This document shows, one piece after another, positions 35,796 through 39,926 of a DNA stretch of 39,926 nt (positions within the stretch are counted from its first letter, which is position 1; each line of letters starts with the position of its first letter). Source of the stretch: an uncultured Aestuariivita sp. (lineage in GTDB: Bacteria > Pseudomonadota > Alphaproteobacteria > Rhodobacterales > Rhodobacteraceae); contig CAZNMV010000002.1 in the NCBI GenBank assembly GCA_964573835.1, positions 1 through 39,926 of the forward strand, given 5' to 3'. A program made the translations under genes and the position numbers. The notes beneath the pieces are model-generated. The model saw nothing but the letters and a program-made list of their open reading frames with translations. It did no database searches and was not told the origin of the DNA.

Positions 35796-36605
35796 TCAGA
35801 CCGGCGCGCGGGCGAAGAGGTCGCGCACCAAGGCCGCGGTCTCAATCGGATGGGTGATGGGCAGCATGTGCCCCGCCCCCGGCACCACAACCGACCGCGC
35901 ATCGGGCAGCCGCGCGGCCAGGCCCTCGTTCACCGGCGCGATCACGGTGTCGGTCGAGGCCCCGCGCAGCAGCTGCGCAGGCATGGTCACGCGGTCGAGT
36001 TGCCCCGGCGCCAGCAGCCCGGCACGGTCGTCATAGATCGCCGCGCGGCAGGCGGGCACCACGGGGATCGCCCGGATCATGGCAGCGCGCAGACCTGCGG
36101 GCATGTCGACCCAACTGGGCCCATCGCTCCAGAGCCGGTTGAAGCGGCGGGCGGCTTCTTCTGTCTCGCCCTGCGTCAACGCGTCGAAAAAGGGAACCGA
36201 ACGCGCATCGTGATCGGCAAGGATGTCGGGCGCGTCCTGCGCCGCGACGGCGAAGAAGACCGGTTCGATCAGCGTCAGGCTGCGCACACGGTCGGGGTGT
36301 TCCACGGCGAGGCGCAGCGCGATCGTCGCGCCGAAGGAATGGCCGATCACGTCCATGGGCCGGGTCAGAAGACCAAGGGCCGCCTCGGTCCCCTGATCCT
36401 GATAATCGCCCAAACCTTCGTCCCAGTCGGCGCTGCGGCCGTGCGAGGGCATGTCGAAGACGTGGAATGTCGTGTCGGGAAGTGCAGCGGCAAGCCCCTT
36501 CCACGCACCGGAATGGGCCAGCGTGCAATGCACCGCCAGCACGTCGCGCGCACCCGAACCGATCGTCCCGGTATGGATATGCCCGGGTGCGGGAAGGTCC
36601 TTCAT
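35796..36605 (-). CDS. alpha/beta hydrolase
   Basis: A 269 aa ORF with the nucleophile elbow GHSFGA and a C-terminal GAGHM.. His motif. Confidence 0.75.
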   Translation of the reverse strand: MKDLPAPGHIHTGTIGSGARDVLAVHCTLAHSGAWKGLAAALPDTTFHVFDMPSHGRSADWDEGLGDYQDQGTEAALGLLTRPMDVIGHSFGATIALRLAVEHPDRVRSLTLIEPVFFAVAAQDAPDILADHDARSVPFFDALTQGETEEAARRFNRLWSDGPSWVDMPAGLRAAMIRAIPVVPACRAAIYDDRAGLLAPGQLDRVTMPAQLLRGASTDTVIAPVNEGLAARLPDARSVVVPGAGHMLPITHPIETAALVRDLFARAPV

Positions 36606-36610
36606 GCCTG

Positions 36611-37225
36611 TCAGCCTTTCATCAGTCCCAGATGCGCGTCGAGATCGTCGAGCCGGTCCTGACCCCAGAAACGTTCATCGTCACCGGTGATATAGAACGG
36701 TGCGCCGAACGCGCCACGCGACACCGCCTCTTCGAGGTTGGCGGCATAGGTCTCGGCCCCGAGCAACAGGCCCCGGTCGGCAAGGCCCGGATCGAAGCCC
36801 GCCTCGGACAGGCAGGCGCGCACGACCTCGTCCTGCGCGATATCGCGGTCATCGGCCCAGCAGGACCGGGTGTAGGCATGGACCAGATGCCCCAGATCGC
36901 CGCCGCCTGCCGCCTGCGCCGCGATGATGGCATAAGAGGACGGCGCGGGGTTCGTCGGCCAGTGGGCGGGCTTGAGGTTGAAGGCCATGCCCAGCTTGCG
37001 CGACTGGCGGCGCAGCTCCTGCGCGCGGTAGTCCATCCGCGACGGGTGGCGGTCCTTCGGCGCGACACCGCCGGTGCGCGCGAACAGCGCCAGCACGTCG
37101 ACCGGCTTGTAGGCGATGGTCGCGCCGTGCCGCGCGGCGATCGCTTCCAGGCGCGTTCCGGCCAGATAAGTCCAGGGCGACACCGTCGCGAAAAAATAAT
37201 CTATGTGCGCCATGCGACCCGCCAT
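36611..37225 (-). CDS. 2-hydroxychromene-2-carboxylate isomerase / DsbA-family protein
   Basis: A 204 aa ORF with the N-terminus IDYFFATVSPWTYLA and the C-terminus GAFGAPFYI..DERFWGQDRLD, characteristic of HCCA-isomerase-type DsbA-fold proteins. Confidence 0.8.
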   Translation of the reverse strand: MAGRMAHIDYFFATVSPWTYLAGTRLEAIAARHGATIAYKPVDVLALFARTGGVAPKDRHPSRMDYRAQELRRQSRKLGMAFNLKPAHWPTNPAPSSYAIIAAQAAGGGDLGHLVHAYTRSCWADDRDIAQDEVVRACLSEAGFDPGLADRGLLLGAETYAANLEEAVSRGAFGAPFYITGDDERFWGQDRLDDLDAHLGLMKG

Positions 37226-37328
37226 CTTTTTGCATCTGCAGAACTTTGCGCGACCGTAAGGCCGTGTTAAGCGGTGTCAACATCACGAATCTGTCACATT
37301 CTCAAGCTGCCAGCCCGGGATTCGCCAC

Positions 37329-38348
37329 ATGCCCCAGATCACCGAACCCAAGCTGATAGCCGGGAACGGCAACCGACCTCTGGCCCAGGCCATCGCGCGT
37401 CGGATGACGATGCACCGTGGCGTGCATACCGGGCTGGTCGATGCCCGGGTCGAACGTTTCAACGACGGCGAGATCTTCGTCGAGGTGTTCGAGAATGTCC
37501 GGGGCGAGGACATGTTCATCATCCAGCCCACGTCGAACCCGGCGAACGACAACCTGATGGAACTTCTCATCATGTGCGACGCGCTGCGCCGGTCCTCGGC
37601 CGGGCGCATCACCGCCGTGATCCCCTATTTCGGCTATGCACGGCAGGACCGCCGCACCAAGGCGCGCACCCCGATCACCGCCAAGCTGGTCGCCAACATG
37701 CTGGTCAGCGCCGGGATCGAGCGGGTGTTGACCATGGACCTGCACGCAGCGCAGATTCAGGGCTTCTTCGACATCCCCGTCGACAATCTCTATGCCTCGC
37801 CCATCTTCGCGCTGGATATCCGCACCCAGTTCAAGGACCGGATGGGCGATCTGATGGTGGTCTCGCCCGACGTGGGCGGCGTGGCGCGGGCGCGGGAACT
37901 GGCCAAGCGGATCAACGCGCCGCTCGCCATTGTGGACAAGCGGCGCGAAAAGCCGGGCGAAGTGGCCGAGATGACCGTGATCGGCGATGTCGTCGGCAAG
38001 ACCTGCCTGATCGTGGACGACATGTGCGACACGGCCGGGACGCTGTGCAAGGCGGCCGAGGTGCTGATCGAGAACGGCGCGAAGGAAGTCCATTCCTATA
38101 TCAGCCACGGCGTGATGAGCGGCCCGGCGGTGGAACGCGTCACCAAGTCGGTGATGAAGTCGCTGGTCATCACCGACACGATCCAGCCCACCGCCGCGGT
38201 CAAGTCGGCGCCCAACATCCGGGTGCTGCCCACCGCGCCGATCTTCGCGCAGGCGATCCTGAACATCTGGAATGGCACGTCCGTGTCTTCGCTCTTCGAG
38301 GCGGACACGCTGACGCCGATCTACGAGATGCTCTACGCCCCGGCGTGA
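37329..38348 (+). CDS. prs: ribose-phosphate pyrophosphokinase
   Basis: A 339 aa ORF with Prs motifs ([42 protein letters not shown]). Confidence 0.9.
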   Translation: MPQITEPKLIAGNGNRPLAQAIARRMTMHRGVHTGLVDARVERFNDGEIFVEVFENVRGEDMFIIQPTSNPANDNLMELLIMCDALRRSSAGRITAVIPYFGYARQDRRTKARTPITAKLVANMLVSAGIERVLTMDLHAAQIQGFFDIPVDNLYASPIFALDIRTQFKDRMGDLMVVSPDVGGVARARELAKRINAPLAIVDKRREKPGEVAEMTVIGDVVGKTCLIVDDMCDTAGTLCKAAEVLIENGAKEVHSYISHGVMSGPAVERVTKSVMKSLVITDTIQPTAAVKSAPNIRVLPTAPIFAQAILNIWNGTSVSSLFEADTLTPIYEMLYAPA

Positions 38349-38352
38349 GGGG

Positions 38353-38703
38353 TCAGTACAGGTCCCAGTCCATGTCGTCGTGCAATTCGCCGATCGCCAT
38401 CCAGGCGGCGCGGATGCGTGCGACGCGGCTGTCTTCCCAGGTGCGGAAGACGATCTCGAACCCTGTCGCAGTGATGTCGCGCGCGGTCAGGTCGGCTCGC
38501 ACCGACGGGCCGGTCGCCATGTCGAGCAGGCTCATCGACAGGTGAACGACAGGCGGCGCACGGAAGGCGGTCGCGAAGATCACGGGTACAACACGTTCGC
38601 GGGCGCCTTCACCCGTCCACATCTCGCCGTCGTCCTCGTAATCCGAGAACAGCATGAGATCGCCCTGATCGATCCCGATGAGGTGGCTCGCGATACGTTT
38701 CAT
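38353..38703 (-). CDS. H-type lectin domain-like small protein
   Basis: A 116 aa protein from MKRIASHLIGID. The pattern ..F...F..PPVVHLSMS..D......R......ITATGFEIVFRTWEDSRVARIRAAWMAIG resembles the H-lectin domain fold signature. The upstream part of the track ORF (to 38901) overlaps atpC and is an artefact. Confidence 0.55.
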   Translation of the reverse strand: MKRIASHLIGIDQGDLMLFSDYEDDGEMWTGEGARERVVPVIFATAFRAPPVVHLSMSLLDMATGPSVRADLTARDITATGFEIVFRTWEDSRVARIRAAWMAIGELHDDMDWDLY

Positions 38704-38767
38704 TCCGCTGCGTGGTCTTGCCTGTTTTTCGCAGGCTACTGTGAATTTGCGGCAAGATGTAGGCAAC

Positions 38768-38797
38768 AAAAAAGGGCGGCCCCCACGGGACCGCCCC
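38768..38797 (-). terminator. Rho-independent terminator of the atp operon
   Basis: The minus strand reads GGGGCGGTCCCGTGGGGGCCGCCC followed by TTTTTT, a GC-rich stem-loop plus U-tract, about 20 nt after the atpC stop. Confidence 0.75.
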
Positions 38798-38818
38798 TTG
38801 ATGCGTATATGGGCCGGA

Positions 38819-39217
38819 TCAGACGCCGACTGCGGCGCGCAGGGCTGCGAAATCGGCCAGAACCTTGTCGGCGGCATCCTTGTCGGCACCGGCCGCGCCA
38901 TCGGCCGCAGCTTTCGCCTCGGCCACGAGCCTGTCCATCTGCGCGGCGGTCAGTTCGGCCACAGGCATGGCCTTTTCAGCCAGAACCGAGGTCGCCTGCC
39001 CCGAGATTTCGGCAAACCCGCCGGTCACGGCATAGGATTGCGCGCCGTCCGGTCCTTCGACCTTCAGGATGCCCGGGCGCAGCGTCGTGATCAGCGGCGC
39101 ATGGTCCGGCATCGCGGTCAGATCACCCGCGGCCGCGGGGATCTGCACCGACGTCACCTTCAGGGACGCAAGCCGCCGTTCCGGGCTGACCAGGTCGAAC
39201 TGCATCATGTCTGCCAT
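38819..39217 (-). CDS. atpC: F0F1 ATP synthase subunit epsilon
   Basis: A 132 aa ORF lying directly downstream of atpD, with epsilon-like sequence ([10 protein letters not shown]......V..P...G..T....HAPLIT.L.PG.L). A GGGGAAG Shine-Dalgarno is present. Confidence 0.9.
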   Translation of the reverse strand: MADMMQFDLVSPERRLASLKVTSVQIPAAAGDLTAMPDHAPLITTLRPGILKVEGPDGAQSYAVTGGFAEISGQATSVLAEKAMPVAELTAAQMDRLVAEAKAAADGAAGADKDAADKVLADFAALRAAVGV

Positions 39218-39228
39218 CAGGCTTCCCC

Positions 39229-39926
<698 letters not shown>

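Noticed and set aside
32433-36036. ORFs 32433..33713(-), 32825..34810(+) and 34525..36036(+).
   Set aside because: They are out-of-frame or antisense to coxG, the hydrolase lipoprotein, cmk and aroA, all of which carry diagnostic motifs.

Overview
This window looks like a high-GC alphaproteobacterial chromosome, most like Rhodobacteraceae (Rhodobacter/Paracoccus type) judging by protein signatures and gene order. That attribution is inference, since no search was possible. The region is densely packed core genome, with about 46 protein-coding genes and many overlapping start/stop codons. I see no rRNA, tRNA, CRISPR array, transposase, integrase or prophage remnant.

Recognisable genes:
- Molybdenum cofactor: mobA, moaB, moaD and moaE, spread over three separate loci.
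- Pyrimidine and lipid: pyrB, a degenerate dihydroorotase-like pyrC', plsY and pgsA.
- Other housekeeping: azlCD, an acyl-CoA dehydrogenase, tsaC/sua5, yqgE, gshA, rsmE, ubiA, uvrC, cmk, aroA, prs and atpD(partial)-atpC.
- Transport: an MFP+RND efflux pair, a LysE exporter and a CaCA antiporter.
- Others: a family-4 uracil-DNA glycosylase, an S49 peptidase, coxG, hydrolases and an SDR.

I do not see a clear multi-gene novel system such as a defence island. The most unusual signals are:
1. A ~240 bp AT-rich island (~37% GC by hand count) upstream of uvrC. It carries a perfect DnaA box, a perfect palindrome and two CtrA-like TTAA-N7-TTAAC motifs.
2. An RND permease split by a 1-nt frameshift at a C4/G4 run.
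3. A translationally coupled pyrB-orf188-orf132-pyrC'-plsY operon. The dihydroorotase homologue lacks its metal and catalytic residues, and two uncharacterised membrane-anchored ORFs sit between it and pyrB.
4. Two microproteins below the ORF-track cutoff: an aa3 oxidase subunit IV homologue and a TM + Cys-knuckle peptide.
5. Four related palindromic hairpins in the plsY/gshA convergent spacer.

Most other long ORFs in the track are antisense or out-of-frame artefacts of high GC content.
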